Source: Gammaproteobacteria bacterium
Lineage (GTDB): Bacteria > Pseudomonadota > Gammaproteobacteria > Steroidobacterales > Rariloculaceae
DNA length: 62,823 bases
Direction of reading: 5' to 3'
Assembly: GCA_030834065.1 (NCBI GenBank)
Contig: JAURFX010000001.1
Span: forward strand, 1 to 62,823
Part shown: positions 46,916-56,249 of the stretch, piece after piece
How the letters are laid out: each line of letters begins with the position of its first letter
Numbering within the stretch: the stretch's first letter is position 1
Notes under the pieces: model-generated
What the model was told of the DNA's origin: nothing
The model's database searches: none
What the model saw: only the letters and a program-made list of their open reading frames with translations
Translations under genes and position numbers: made by a program

Positions 46916-48069
46916 ACGAGTTATATCGATATTATTTTGACTATGCTGCCAGCACGCCGATGGACCCGCTGGTATTAGATGAAATGACTGCATTTTTAGA
47001 GTCTCCTGAATCAGTTGCAAATTTTTCCTCTTCTCATAGCTTGGCTTATGCAGTTCAAGCTACTTTGAATGAGAGAATGCAGCTGATTCAAAATAAATTG
47101 GATCTTGATGCGCATGAAATAATTTTTACCTCTGGAGCAACCGAATCCCTGAACTATGTTTTAAGGGGATTTTCAAATAAATACCCAAAATCTAAGATCA
47201 TTACTTCAAACCTAGAGCACAGCGTCACTTATAAAATTTTAGATCAAATACCCTTAAATAAGGTTTTTATTTCTAATAACTTAAATGCTGAAATTGACCT
47301 CAATGAACTAGAGGAATCATTGAAAGTAGCACCTTCATTAGTATCACTCATACATGTAAATAATGAAATTGGAACAATCAATGAATTAAATGATGTTTCT
47401 TTTTTATGCAGAAAATATGATGCAAAACTACATATTGATGCTTCACAGACATTAGGGAAAACGCGCTTTGATGATCTATTTCAGCTGGCCGATTATATTA
47501 CGGTTTCAGCGCATAAATTCTATGGACCTAAAGGTATTGGTATTTTATTTAAGAAAAAAAATGAATCATTACCAAGCCTGATTTTTGGATCAGAGCATCT
47601 TGGACGACCCGGGACATTGCCGACCCATCAAATTATCGGCTGCCTTAAGTCACTTAGCTTAATTATTGAAAATTCTTATGAAAAAAATTCCGATCTGCAT
47701 AAGGCTGAACAGTATCTAGAAAATGAAATCCTTGCACACAATGCATTTATATTAAATGCAAAGAACACTAATCGAGCGAGAAGCATAATAAGTATCACCA
47801 TTCCTGGCGTCCATGCCCAGTCTTTGCAGCAAATGATCACCCCCTATATTATCTCTGTAGGTTCCGCCTGCAATTCACTCACTACTGAGCCATCTAGAGT
47901 TTTAAAGGCAATTGGTTTAGGCGATGGGTTGGCCTACTCAACCATTAGGATTAGCATTGGACGCTTTACAAAAATCAAAGATATCGATCAGATGCTAGAA
48001 AAATTAATTCACTGCTCAATTAAGTTAAAAAAGATTTCTTCAGGTGTGCCTGAATGGTTTCTCAAATGA
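46912..48069 (+). CDS. iscS: Cysteine desulfurase (IscS/NifS-like)
   Basis: It has the PLP lysine SAHKFYGPKGIG and the active-site loop GSACNSLTTEPSRVLKAIG. At 385 aa it is shorter than E. coli IscS. It overlaps trmJ by 4 nt. Confidence 0.8.
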   Translation: MNELYRYYFDYAASTPMDPLVLDEMTAFLESPESVANFSSSHSLAYAVQATLNERMQLIQNKLDLDAHEIIFTSGATESLNYVLRGFSNKYPKSKIITSNLEHSVTYKILDQIPLNKVFISNNLNAEIDLNELEESLKVAPSLVSLIHVNNEIGTINELNDVSFLCRKYDAKLHIDASQTLGKTRFDDLFQLADYITVSAHKFYGPKGIGILFKKKNESLPSLIFGSEHLGRPGTLPTHQIIGCLKSLSLIIENSYEKNSDLHKAEQYLENEILAHNAFILNAKNTNRARSIISITIPGVHAQSLQQMITPYIISVGSACNSLTTEPSRVLKAIGLGDGLAYSTIRISIGRFTKIKDIDQMLEKLIHCSIKLKKISSGVPEWFLK

Positions 48070-48428
48070 ATTTTAACCAAACAATCAGGCACTATTTTGA
48101 AATTGCATGCGTTCATGAGAGCGAAATCAGATCCGATGCAAGGGCTGGCGAAAAATATGATAAATCCCTTAGGACATGGGTTAAATTTCAGTTAACGATT
48201 ACGGACGGACAATTGTATTCAATTAATTTCAATTTATATGGGTGCCCCTATACAATAGCAATATGTGGAGTTATTATTGACAGCTTTCTTGGTCAAAGCC
48301 TAGATAACATCACTTCAGAAGCATTGGATAATAAGATAGGATCAATAGATTTACCAAGAAAGCTTTTTGGAAAGTTTATATTAATAAAAGAGGCTTTTTT
48401 TGAGGAACTAAATTGCAGCATTCACTAG
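48066..48428 (+). CDS. IscU-like protein lacking two of the three canonical cluster-ligand cysteines
   Basis: Position and alignable blocks match IscU (IRHYFE ~ IDHYENP; NLYGCPYTIA ~ KTYGCGSAIA; LPRKLFGKFILIKEA ~ LPPVKIHCSILAEDA). The residues equivalent to Cys37 and His105-Cys106 are absent. The start is taken at the ATGA overlap with iscS. Confidence 0.5.
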   Translation: MNFNQTIRHYFEIACVHESEIRSDARAGEKYDKSLRTWVKFQLTITDGQLYSINFNLYGCPYTIAICGVIIDSFLGQSLDNITSEALDNKIGSIDLPRKLFGKFILIKEAFFEELNCSIH

Positions 48429-48754
48429 ACATTAAGCTTACCGAGACAGCGAGCTCAAGAATAAAAAAATATCTTAAAACGAATACTGACCGTGAGGCTA
48501 TTCGCTTTGGTATTAAGAAGACAGGTTGCTCTGGTTATTCTTTTTTTATTGATTATGCAAATACTAAACTCAAAGAGGACATAGAGATTACTATCGATGA
48601 CATAAAATTTTATATTGATAGTCAAAGTTCTGCAGTTGTGAATAATACAACTATTGATTTTGTGAAGTCAGGCTTTCAAGAGGCTTTTCGATTTTCTAAT
48701 CCAAAGATTCTCAGTGAGTGTGGCTGCGGAGAGAGCTTCACAATTGAAGAATAA
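48413..48754 (+). CDS. iscA: Iron-sulfur cluster insertion/carrier protein (A-type, IscA/ErpA family)
   Basis: HesB fold with GCSGY and the C-terminal CGCGESF. 113 aa. The start is TTG. Confidence 0.85.
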   Translation: MQHSLDIKLTETASSRIKKYLKTNTDREAIRFGIKKTGCSGYSFFIDYANTKLKEDIEITIDDIKFYIDSQSSAVVNNTTIDFVKSGFQEAFRFSNPKILSECGCGESFTIEE

Positions 48755-48774
48755 TTTAGCTAGAAGGAGATATT

Positions 48775-49194
48775 ATGGAATTAACTTTATCGATTATTAA
48801 GCCTGATGGTGTTGAAAAGAACATCATTGGTGAAGTTTATAAAAGGTTTGAGCAAGCCGGTCTTAAGATTGTTGCTTCAAAAATGATGCATCTGACTGAG
48901 GAGCAGGCCGGAAAATTTTATGAAGTACATAAGGAAAGACCCTTCTATGGTGAGCTCATAACTTATATGTCATCAGGTCCGATTATGGTTCAGGCGCTGT
49001 ATGGTGAAAATGCTATCCAAAAAAATAGGGAGCTGATGGGCGCCACTAATCCAAAAGAGGCAGACCCAGGAACCATAAGAGCAGATTTTGCTGACTCCAT
49101 TGATAAAAATGCAGTTCATGGCTCAGATGCACCAGAAACAGCAAAAGTAGAAATTGCTTTCTTTTTTGGTCAGGATCAGATCTTTATGAGATAG
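48775..49194 (+). CDS. ndk: Nucleoside diphosphate kinase
   Basis: Motifs LSIIKPDGV and NAVHGSD (catalytic His). 139 aa. Confidence 0.95.
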   Translation: MELTLSIIKPDGVEKNIIGEVYKRFEQAGLKIVASKMMHLTEEQAGKFYEVHKERPFYGELITYMSSGPIMVQALYGENAIQKNRELMGATNPKEADPGTIRADFADSIDKNAVHGSDAPETAKVEIAFFFGQDQIFMR

Positions 49195-49204
49195 GCTGGT
49201 CAAT

Positions 49205-50278
49205 GTGTCAAAACTAAATTTGATCGGTAAATCTGAAAAAGAACTCAATGATTTTTTTTATTCTATAGGCGAGCGATCCTATAGAAGTAAACAGGTGCTA
49301 TCTTGGCTTCATAAAAAAGGAGCCGTAGATATCAGTCTGATGACAGATATCAGTATGCAGGTGAGGGAAAAGCTATCGAATCAATTCTGCATTGATATTC
49401 CTGTTCCAATTTCTGTTCATTCATCTGCTGACGGGACTCAGAAATTTCTGTTTCCAGTTGGCAACGATCAGTTTATTGAGAGTGTCTATATTCCTGAGGC
49501 AACTAGAGCAACATTGTGCATATCCTCTCAGGTAGGATGCGCTATGGATTGCAGTTTCTGTGCAACGGGTTACCAAGGGTTTAGCAGAAATTTAGACGCG
49601 AACGAGATTATGGGCCAATTTATTGCGGTCTCATCTTATCTAAACAGCAATAATTTAAAACCTATATCCAATGTTGTTTTTATGGGAATGGGCGAACCAC
49701 TCACGAACTTGACTGAGGTAGTAAAGGTTACCAATCTATTGATGAGTGATTTGCTCTACGGTATTTCGCGTCGAAGGGTAACCATAAGCACTTCAGGAGT
49801 AGTTCCAAATATCTATAAGCTTGCTAGAGAGACTAATGCCTCACTGGCTATTTCATTACATGCGGCTAACGATAAATTAAGAAATGAATTAGTCCCAATA
49901 AATAAATTTTACAATATTGAACAGCTGCTTGAGGCTTGTAATTTCTATGCAAAGGAAACAAAGGCCCGATACATTACCTTTGAATATGTCATGCTAAAAG
50001 AAATCAATGACTCATTAGCAGCTGCAAATGAGCTTGCGACTCTGTTAAAAAATTTCCCAGCAAAGGTTAACCTGATTCCTTTTAATCCGTTTTCAGAATC
50101 GTCTTATCAGTGTTCGGATGAGAATCAAATTAATAAATTTTGTAAAGTGCTTCAAAGCAAGGGTATATTTACAAGTATAAGAAAAACCCGAGGCGATGAT
50201 ATTGATGCGGCCTGTGGACAGCTTGCTGGTAAGGTCAATGATAGAATTAAGAATCGATTAGGCCAACAAAAATTATGA
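49205..50278 (+). CDS. rlmN: 23S rRNA/tRNA (adenine-C2)-methyltransferase RlmN
   Basis: Radical-SAM CAMDCSFC, with GMGEPL and the C-terminal DIDAACGQL. The start is GTG. Confidence 0.9.
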   Translation: MSKLNLIGKSEKELNDFFYSIGERSYRSKQVLSWLHKKGAVDISLMTDISMQVREKLSNQFCIDIPVPISVHSSADGTQKFLFPVGNDQFIESVYIPEATRATLCISSQVGCAMDCSFCATGYQGFSRNLDANEIMGQFIAVSSYLNSNNLKPISNVVFMGMGEPLTNLTEVVKVTNLLMSDLLYGISRRRVTISTSGVVPNIYKLARETNASLAISLHAANDKLRNELVPINKFYNIEQLLEACNFYAKETKARYITFEYVMLKEINDSLAAANELATLLKNFPAKVNLIPFNPFSESSYQCSDENQINKFCKVLQSKGIFTSIRKTRGDDIDAACGQLAGKVNDRIKNRLGQQKL

Positions 50279-50670
50279 CTATGGAAAATAAAACAAAAGA
50301 GAAGAAAGAGGTACTGCTCTCATTAGGGCAAAGGCTCATTAATGCTAGAGATGCAAAAGGATTGAGTATAGAGGAGCTTGCAAATAAAATGAACCTCATT
50401 CCTGAAGTGGTCGATAATTTAGAGAAAGAGCTATTTAATACCTTTGAGGCAAAAGTCTATATCACGGGATATTTGAGATTATATTGTAAGCTTGTTGGAC
50501 TTGATGCTAATGAGGCTATAGCGCTTTACTATCGTGATCCTTTAAACAGAATCGAAACTCCAGATGAAGAATCTATTACCAGCCAATCTAAAGAACAGGT
50601 TCAATTCTATTTATTGATTGGGGCAGTTCTTCTAATAGCTTTAGGAGCGAGCTACTTCTTATTCTTTTAG
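50275..50670 (+). CDS. Short RodZ-like HTH membrane protein
   Basis: It has an N-terminal XRE-type HTH (LGQRLINARDAKGLSIEELANKMNL) followed by YITGYLRLYCKLVGLD. A single C-terminal TM helix closes the protein. It occupies the rodZ position between rlmN and hisS but is only 131 aa. Confidence 0.55.
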   Translation: MTMENKTKEKKEVLLSLGQRLINARDAKGLSIEELANKMNLIPEVVDNLEKELFNTFEAKVYITGYLRLYCKLVGLDANEAIALYYRDPLNRIETPDEESITSQSKEQVQFYLLIGAVLLIALGASYFLFF

Positions 50671-50671
50671 C

Positions 50672-51946
50672 ATGCGCAAACAGATAAATTCTATTAAGGG
50701 TATGAATGATATTTTGCCACATGAAATGGCTTTATTTAATTGCCTACTTGATGTTGTCAAGAAGACCTTATCAGGTTACGGCTACGAGGAAATATCGATA
50801 CCAATTTTAGAAAAAACAGACCTCTTTGCAAGATCAATTGGTGGGGCTACAGACATCGTCTCAAAGGAGATGTATACGTTTTTTGATAAAAGTGATGAGA
50901 GCATTACTCTGCGACCCGAGGCTACGGCTGGTATGGTTAGGGCAGGCATAACGAACAATTTATTTTATGGGGCTCAGAGAAAATTATGGTGCTATGGGCC
51001 GATGTTTCGATATGAGAGGCCACAAAAAGGGAGATTCAGGCAGTTCCATCAGGTAAGCGTTGAAACATTTGGGTACAGTAATATTGGTATTGATGCTGAG
51101 CTCATTGCAATTTCCAATTTAATTTGGGACCGATTAAAAATTGACAAGCCTACTTTGGAAATTAACACCATGGGATCCTTTGAATCAAGAGAAGATTACA
51201 AGAGTGTCTTGGTTAATTATTTTAAAAAATTTAAAAAAGATTTTGATCAGGATGACAAAAGAAGAATCGAACTTAATCCATTAAGACTATTAGATTCTAA
51301 AAATATAAAACTAAAGAAAGCTATCGAGGAAGCTCCGTCAATGTTTGACTTTATAGATGAAGAGTCAAAAAATGAATTTATTGAACTTCTTGCATTACTT
51401 GATCAGCTTGGCATTAAGTATCATATAAATAATAAGCTTGTCAGAGGTTTGGATTACTACAATAAGACTGTCTTTGAGTGGACTACGGATAAATTAGGTT
51501 CGCAGTCTGCAATTTGCTCTGGAGGCAGGTACGACTCATTGGTTGAGCAATTAGGTGGCTCTGATGTACCAGCGTGTGGATGGGCACTTGGCATAGAGAG
51601 AATTATCGAGCTTATGAAATTGAGCAACCAAGTTTATGAGAATAATTGTGATGTTTATGTCATTCCAGTGGGTAAAGATGCTGTATCTTTTACGATAAAT
51701 CTTATGGATAAGATGAACCGTGAATTAAAAGATATTATAATTTTTGCAGATTATGCAGATACCAGCCTTAAGTCGAGAATGAAAAAAGCTGACAAGGCAG
51801 GCGCGAAGTATGCAGTTATAGTTGGTGAAGATGAATTGAAGCAATCTCAAGTTTCTCTTAAAGACATGAGAGATAGTAGCGAGCAAAAATCGGTCTTTAC
51901 CGCAGGTCTATTAAAGCTTCTTAAAAAGGAAAAAAATAATGGATGA
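50672..51946 (+). CDS. hisS: Histidine--tRNA ligase
   Basis: Class II motifs (KGMNDILP; RPEATAG; FRYERPQKGRFRQFHQ; GGGRYD-like SGGRYDSL). 424 aa. Confidence 0.95.
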   Translation: MRKQINSIKGMNDILPHEMALFNCLLDVVKKTLSGYGYEEISIPILEKTDLFARSIGGATDIVSKEMYTFFDKSDESITLRPEATAGMVRAGITNNLFYGAQRKLWCYGPMFRYERPQKGRFRQFHQVSVETFGYSNIGIDAELIAISNLIWDRLKIDKPTLEINTMGSFESREDYKSVLVNYFKKFKKDFDQDDKRRIELNPLRLLDSKNIKLKKAIEEAPSMFDFIDEESKNEFIELLALLDQLGIKYHINNKLVRGLDYYNKTVFEWTTDKLGSQSAICSGGRYDSLVEQLGGSDVPACGWALGIERIIELMKLSNQVYENNCDVYVIPVGKDAVSFTINLMDKMNRELKDIIIFADYADTSLKSRMKKADKAGAKYAVIVGEDELKQSQVSLKDMRDSSEQKSVFTAGLLKLLKKEKNNG

Positions 51947-52571
51947 TTATTTAGACGAAAAAGAACAGATTGAAGAGATTAAATCTTGGCTTAAGGAAAA
52001 TTGGATTGCCTTGGTCGCTGGTGTAATTGTAGGATTTGCTGGACTTATTTCTTGGAATTGGTACCAAGACTCCGTGTATGAGAGAAATACACAAGCACTG
52101 GCTATCTTTGATCAAGCACAACAGGAGCTCACTCTAGGTAACTTCGATTCAGCCTTAACCATGCTGCAAAATTTAAGATCAAACTATAACAGCAGTCCAT
52201 ATACAGATTTTCTTGGTTTGCTCTATTCAACGTATCTCTTAAGCAATGGGAATACTGCGGATGCTGCAGTCGAAATCGAGTATGTGCTCAATAACACTAG
52301 TGATGAATACCTGCAGTTGATTGCTACATGGAGATTGGCAAGAGTTAATGTAGAAATGACAAACTATGATAGAGCGCTCGAGCTTGTGCAGAATAAAAAT
52401 CATCCGCTCTCTGCAAACTTTACTGAACTTGAGGGGGACGTTTATTTCTTTAGGGGTGAATTTGATTTGGCAAGTACTACCTATATGTCTATCTTGTCAG
52501 ATCCTAATATCAATTCAGTTGATTTAAATATTTTAATGCTAAAGATTAATAATCTTGCAGCCGAGTTTTAG
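51939..52571 (+). CDS. yfgM: YfgM-like TPR membrane protein (ancillary SecYEG-associated)
   Basis: An N-terminal acidic segment precedes a single TM (WIALVAGVIVGFAGLISW). A TPR-like C-terminus follows. It holds the conserved hisS-yfgM-bamB position. Confidence 0.6.
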   Translation: MDDYLDEKEQIEEIKSWLKENWIALVAGVIVGFAGLISWNWYQDSVYERNTQALAIFDQAQQELTLGNFDSALTMLQNLRSNYNSSPYTDFLGLLYSTYLLSNGNTADAAVEIEYVLNNTSDEYLQLIATWRLARVNVEMTNYDRALELVQNKNHPLSANFTELEGDVYFFRGEFDLASTTYMSILSDPNINSVDLNILMLKINNLAAEF

Positions 52572-52580
52572 AAAAGATCC

Positions 52581-53723
52581 ATGCTTAAAAAAATCTATTT
52601 ATTAGCCATTGGCCTGATTCTATCCGGTTGCTTTATGTTCGAGGAGGATGAGGTTGTCATCAATCCTCCCGATCTACTTGTTGATTTTATTGAGACACGT
52701 CAAATTACAGAGGTGTGGCAAACAAACATCGGTCGTCTTAATTTATCTTCAGATAATATAACTTTGAGTTCAGATGGGACTCTATTATATGTCTCGAGTG
52801 GAAACAGCGAGATCTTAGCTCTTGACATTGAGAGGGGGATGGAAGTTTGGTCTCAGCAGCTAGATTTTAATATTATGTCAGGACCAGAGCATGCCGCAGG
52901 TCGCTTATTCGTCGCGAGCGCTGAAGGAAGAATTGTCAGCTTAAATGCTGAAAACGGCTCAGTAAATTGGGAAATTTCAATCAATGCTGAGGTCAGTACC
53001 CCTCTAACCGCCACGAATCAAGGTTTGGTAATAGGTACTTCTGAGGGAACCATTATCGGGATAAACCCTAGCAGTGGCGGTGTTCTTTGGGAAAATCAGC
53101 AAGAGGTACCAGTTTTAACAATAAGGGGTGGTACCAAGCCCATAATCTCTGGAGGGACAGTATTGGCAGGATTTGATAATGGTCGAGTTGCTGCATACAA
53201 CTTGTTTACTGGAGATACACTTTGGGAGATACCTTTGTCTCTTGCGTCAGGAACTTCTCAACTTGAGCGATTGATTGATGTAGCAGATCGAATGGTACTA
53301 AGGGGGAATATACTTTATTGCATAAATTTACATGGTTATTTGACTGCAATTGAGATTAATAATGGAACCCCGCTCTGGAATAGGGAGATCTCAAGTCATG
53401 CCGGAGTAAGTGCAAATGATACTCGGCTGATAGTTCTTGATGAGATCGGAGATATCTATACCTACCAAGCACAATCTTCTTTACCAGATTGGACCAATGA
53501 TAGTTTTACATATAGAGATTTAACTTTACCTACGATATTGCCCGGTTATATTGTGGCAGGTGACTTCGAGGGTTATGTCCATCTTATTGATAGCACAAAT
53601 GGGGAAGTTGTAAACAGGGTTCGATCTGCAAGATCTCCGATCTCAATACCAATTTTTGCGCTTGGGAATAATTTTTTTGTTTTATCGGATTCAGGTAATC
53701 TAGCAAGCTATACTTTAAATTAG
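52581..53723 (+). CDS. bamB: Outer-membrane protein assembly factor BamB
   Basis: It has a lipobox (LILSGC) and repeated PQQ-like beta-propeller blades (..G.V.A.....G...W). 380 aa. Confidence 0.8.
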   Translation: MLKKIYLLAIGLILSGCFMFEEDEVVINPPDLLVDFIETRQITEVWQTNIGRLNLSSDNITLSSDGTLLYVSSGNSEILALDIERGMEVWSQQLDFNIMSGPEHAAGRLFVASAEGRIVSLNAENGSVNWEISINAEVSTPLTATNQGLVIGTSEGTIIGINPSSGGVLWENQQEVPVLTIRGGTKPIISGGTVLAGFDNGRVAAYNLFTGDTLWEIPLSLASGTSQLERLIDVADRMVLRGNILYCINLHGYLTAIEINNGTPLWNREISSHAGVSANDTRLIVLDEIGDIYTYQAQSSLPDWTNDSFTYRDLTLPTILPGYIVAGDFEGYVHLIDSTNGEVVNRVRSARSPISIPIFALGNNFFVLSDSGNLASYTLN

Positions 53724-53741
53724 TAATGTTTGGATATTGTG

Positions 53742-55061
53742 ATGCAGAGTATAGCCATCGTCGGACGCCCCAATGTTGGAAAATCAACATTATTTAATAA
53801 GCTGACTCGATCTAAGGATGCCATTGTAGCTGATTACGAGGGCGTTACTCGTGATAGAAAATATGGAATTTCATCCGTATTTGATCAGGAATATATTTTT
53901 ATAGATACCGGTGGCGTGACCTATGAACATGATGGGCTAAAAGCTGAAACGCAAGCGCAAGCAGAGTTAGCTGCGCTTGAGGCTAGCATTATATTTTTTA
54001 TTGTGGATGGTTCAAAGAGCCTTAGCTCAATTGATGCAGATTTTCTTAAAGAGATCAGAAAGCTAAATAAACCGACTCTTCTTATTATTAATAAAGCCGA
54101 TCAGTCTGATTCGAATTTTATTAGCGCAGAGTTTTCTTCTCTTGGGCTAAAGGATCAAGTTATAATTTCTGCAAAGTCTAGGAAGCAATTTCCTGAAATC
54201 GAAGACTTTTTACATGAACATTTACCAAGTGATTCAAATACCAATCAATTAAAATTTCAAGAGCCTTTCATAGCAATCATTGGCGCACCAAACGCAGGCA
54301 AATCTACCCTTACAAACAGATACCTTAATGATAGTCAAGTAATCACATCTGACGTACCTGGTACAACCAGAGATAATATTTTTCTTCCTTGTCAGAAATT
54401 TGAACAGGATTTTACTTTAGTAGATACGGCTGGAATAAGAAAAAAATCAAAGAATAAAGATCTTGTTGAAAAATTTAGCTTAGCAAAATCCCTTGAGGCT
54501 ATTAGAAGATCTAATGCAGTAATTTTTTTGATTAATGCTCAGCAGGGTCTTACAGAGAATGATCGCTCGCTTATTGGCTTAATACTAGAGCAAGGTAAAT
54601 CATTAGCAATCGGGATCAATAAGTGGGATTTGTTATCTAAGAAAGAAAGGGCTCAATTTGATTTGCAATATAAAGAAAAGCTCTCATTTGCCCATTTTGT
54701 TCAAAGAGTGAATATCTCAGCATTGCATGGAAGCTCTATTAATGATCTCCTGAAGATAATATTAAAGTTATTTAAGCAATCAAAAAGAAAATACAGCACC
54801 TCGCAATTAAATAATATCCTCGATTTACTTAAACAAGAGCATAACCCACCCGCATCAGGAAGATTTAAAATCCAACTAAAATACATTAATCAAATAGATC
54901 ATGATCCGCTTACACTATTGGTCCATGGAAATCTAACCGAAAAACTACCTGACTCCTATAAGCGTTTCTTAATCAATGGTTTTCGAAAGTTCCTTAAGCT
55001 TAAAGGCGCAATCATTCGGATGAATTTTAAATCCTCAAATAACCCATATGCAGGAAAGTAG
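53742..55061 (+). CDS. der: Ribosome-biogenesis GTPase Der (EngA)
   Basis: It has two tandem G domains (GRPNVGKST; GAPNAGKST; DTGG / DTAG; NKAD / NKWD). The start is ambiguous among TTG 53730, GTG 53739 and ATG 53742. Confidence 0.9.
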   Translation: MQSIAIVGRPNVGKSTLFNKLTRSKDAIVADYEGVTRDRKYGISSVFDQEYIFIDTGGVTYEHDGLKAETQAQAELAALEASIIFFIVDGSKSLSSIDADFLKEIRKLNKPTLLIINKADQSDSNFISAEFSSLGLKDQVIISAKSRKQFPEIEDFLHEHLPSDSNTNQLKFQEPFIAIIGAPNAGKSTLTNRYLNDSQVITSDVPGTTRDNIFLPCQKFEQDFTLVDTAGIRKKSKNKDLVEKFSLAKSLEAIRRSNAVIFLINAQQGLTENDRSLIGLILEQGKSLAIGINKWDLLSKKERAQFDLQYKEKLSFAHFVQRVNISALHGSSINDLLKIILKLFKQSKRKYSTSQLNNILDLLKQEHNPPASGRFKIQLKYINQIDHDPLTLLVHGNLTEKLPDSYKRFLINGFRKFLKLKGAIIRMNFKSSNNPYAGK

Positions 55062-55151
55062 GCTTACCAAGAAACCTTAAGAAATATGCATAATTAAATA
55101 ATAAAAAGTTTTAGTATTTTTCCCTCCAATTGATTAAACTTTTGCAGATTA

Positions 55152-56249
55152 ATGAGTAAAGCAAGAAAATATTTAAATATCAGAGGTAACTTTGACTTAT
55201 ATAGGGGTGGAAAACTACAAGACCCAAGCATTGCTTACGAGACTTGGGGCTCTCTCAATCAAGAAAAGACAAATGCTATCTTGATCTTTACAGGTCTATC
55301 CCCCTCGGCGCATGCCGCTTCCTCTCCTGATGATTCAAGTGCAGGGTGGTGGGAGGATATGATTGGACCCGATCATGCGATAGATACTAATAAGTTTTTC
55401 GTAATTTGTGTAAATTCATTGGGCAGTTGTTTTGGCTCTACAGGAGCAAACTCTATTAATCCCTCTACAGGCAAAAAATATAAATCAACTTTCCCAGTAT
55501 TATCATTAGAAGATGTGGCAAAAGGCGGATATGAGGTTATCAAATATCACGGTATATCAAAGCTTGCATGCTTGATAGGTCCATCCATGGGGGGGATGAC
55601 GGCCCTCGCTTTTGAAGTAGTATTTTCAGGGCTAACTAAGTCATGCTTATTAATCAGTACATGCGCCAGAGCTGCATCCATGTCCATTGCAATTAGATCG
55701 ATACAAAGAGAAATTATTAGGTCCGACCCAAACTGGAAGGCGGGCGAATATGATGATAAGAACTTACCCATATCTGGAATTAGACTTGCTAGAAAAATTG
55801 GTATGCTGAGCTATCGATCCAGCTTCGAGTTTCAAAAACGATTTGGAAGGGAGCGGGTCTCAATAGGTCATGAATCAGATGATTTATTAAGCCTAGACTT
55901 TGAGGTCGAATCCTACTTGGATTATCACGCAAGACAATTCATTGGCCAATTTGATCCAAATTGTTACTTATCTTTATCAAGGGCATCAGATCTTTTTGAT
56001 TTAGCAGACCATGGCGGCTCATTAGAGGCTGCTATGAATTTAATTAGGAGCGATAAAATTCTGGTTATTGGGGTTAGAAAAGACCAATTATTCCCTTATT
56101 GGCAGCAAGAAGAGCTCTATAATCTATTTAAAGAAGCTGGAAAAGAGGTTTCACTTATTACTCTGGACTGTAAGCAGGGCCATGATTCCTTTTTGGCGAG
56201 TATGGATGATTTTAGGCCGCCCATCGCTAAGTTTTTATCATCAATTTAA
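55152..56249 (+). CDS. metX: Homoserine O-acyltransferase (MetX family)
   Basis: It has an alpha/beta-hydrolase nucleophile (GPSMGGM) and a C-terminal GHDSFL. 365 aa. The acyl donor (acetyl versus succinyl) cannot be determined by eye. Confidence 0.85.
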   Translation: MSKARKYLNIRGNFDLYRGGKLQDPSIAYETWGSLNQEKTNAILIFTGLSPSAHAASSPDDSSAGWWEDMIGPDHAIDTNKFFVICVNSLGSCFGSTGANSINPSTGKKYKSTFPVLSLEDVAKGGYEVIKYHGISKLACLIGPSMGGMTALAFEVVFSGLTKSCLLISTCARAASMSIAIRSIQREIIRSDPNWKAGEYDDKNLPISGIRLARKIGMLSYRSSFEFQKRFGRERVSIGHESDDLLSLDFEVESYLDYHARQFIGQFDPNCYLSLSRASDLFDLADHGGSLEAAMNLIRSDKILVIGVRKDQLFPYWQQEELYNLFKEAGKEVSLITLDCKQGHDSFLASMDDFRPPIAKFLSSI

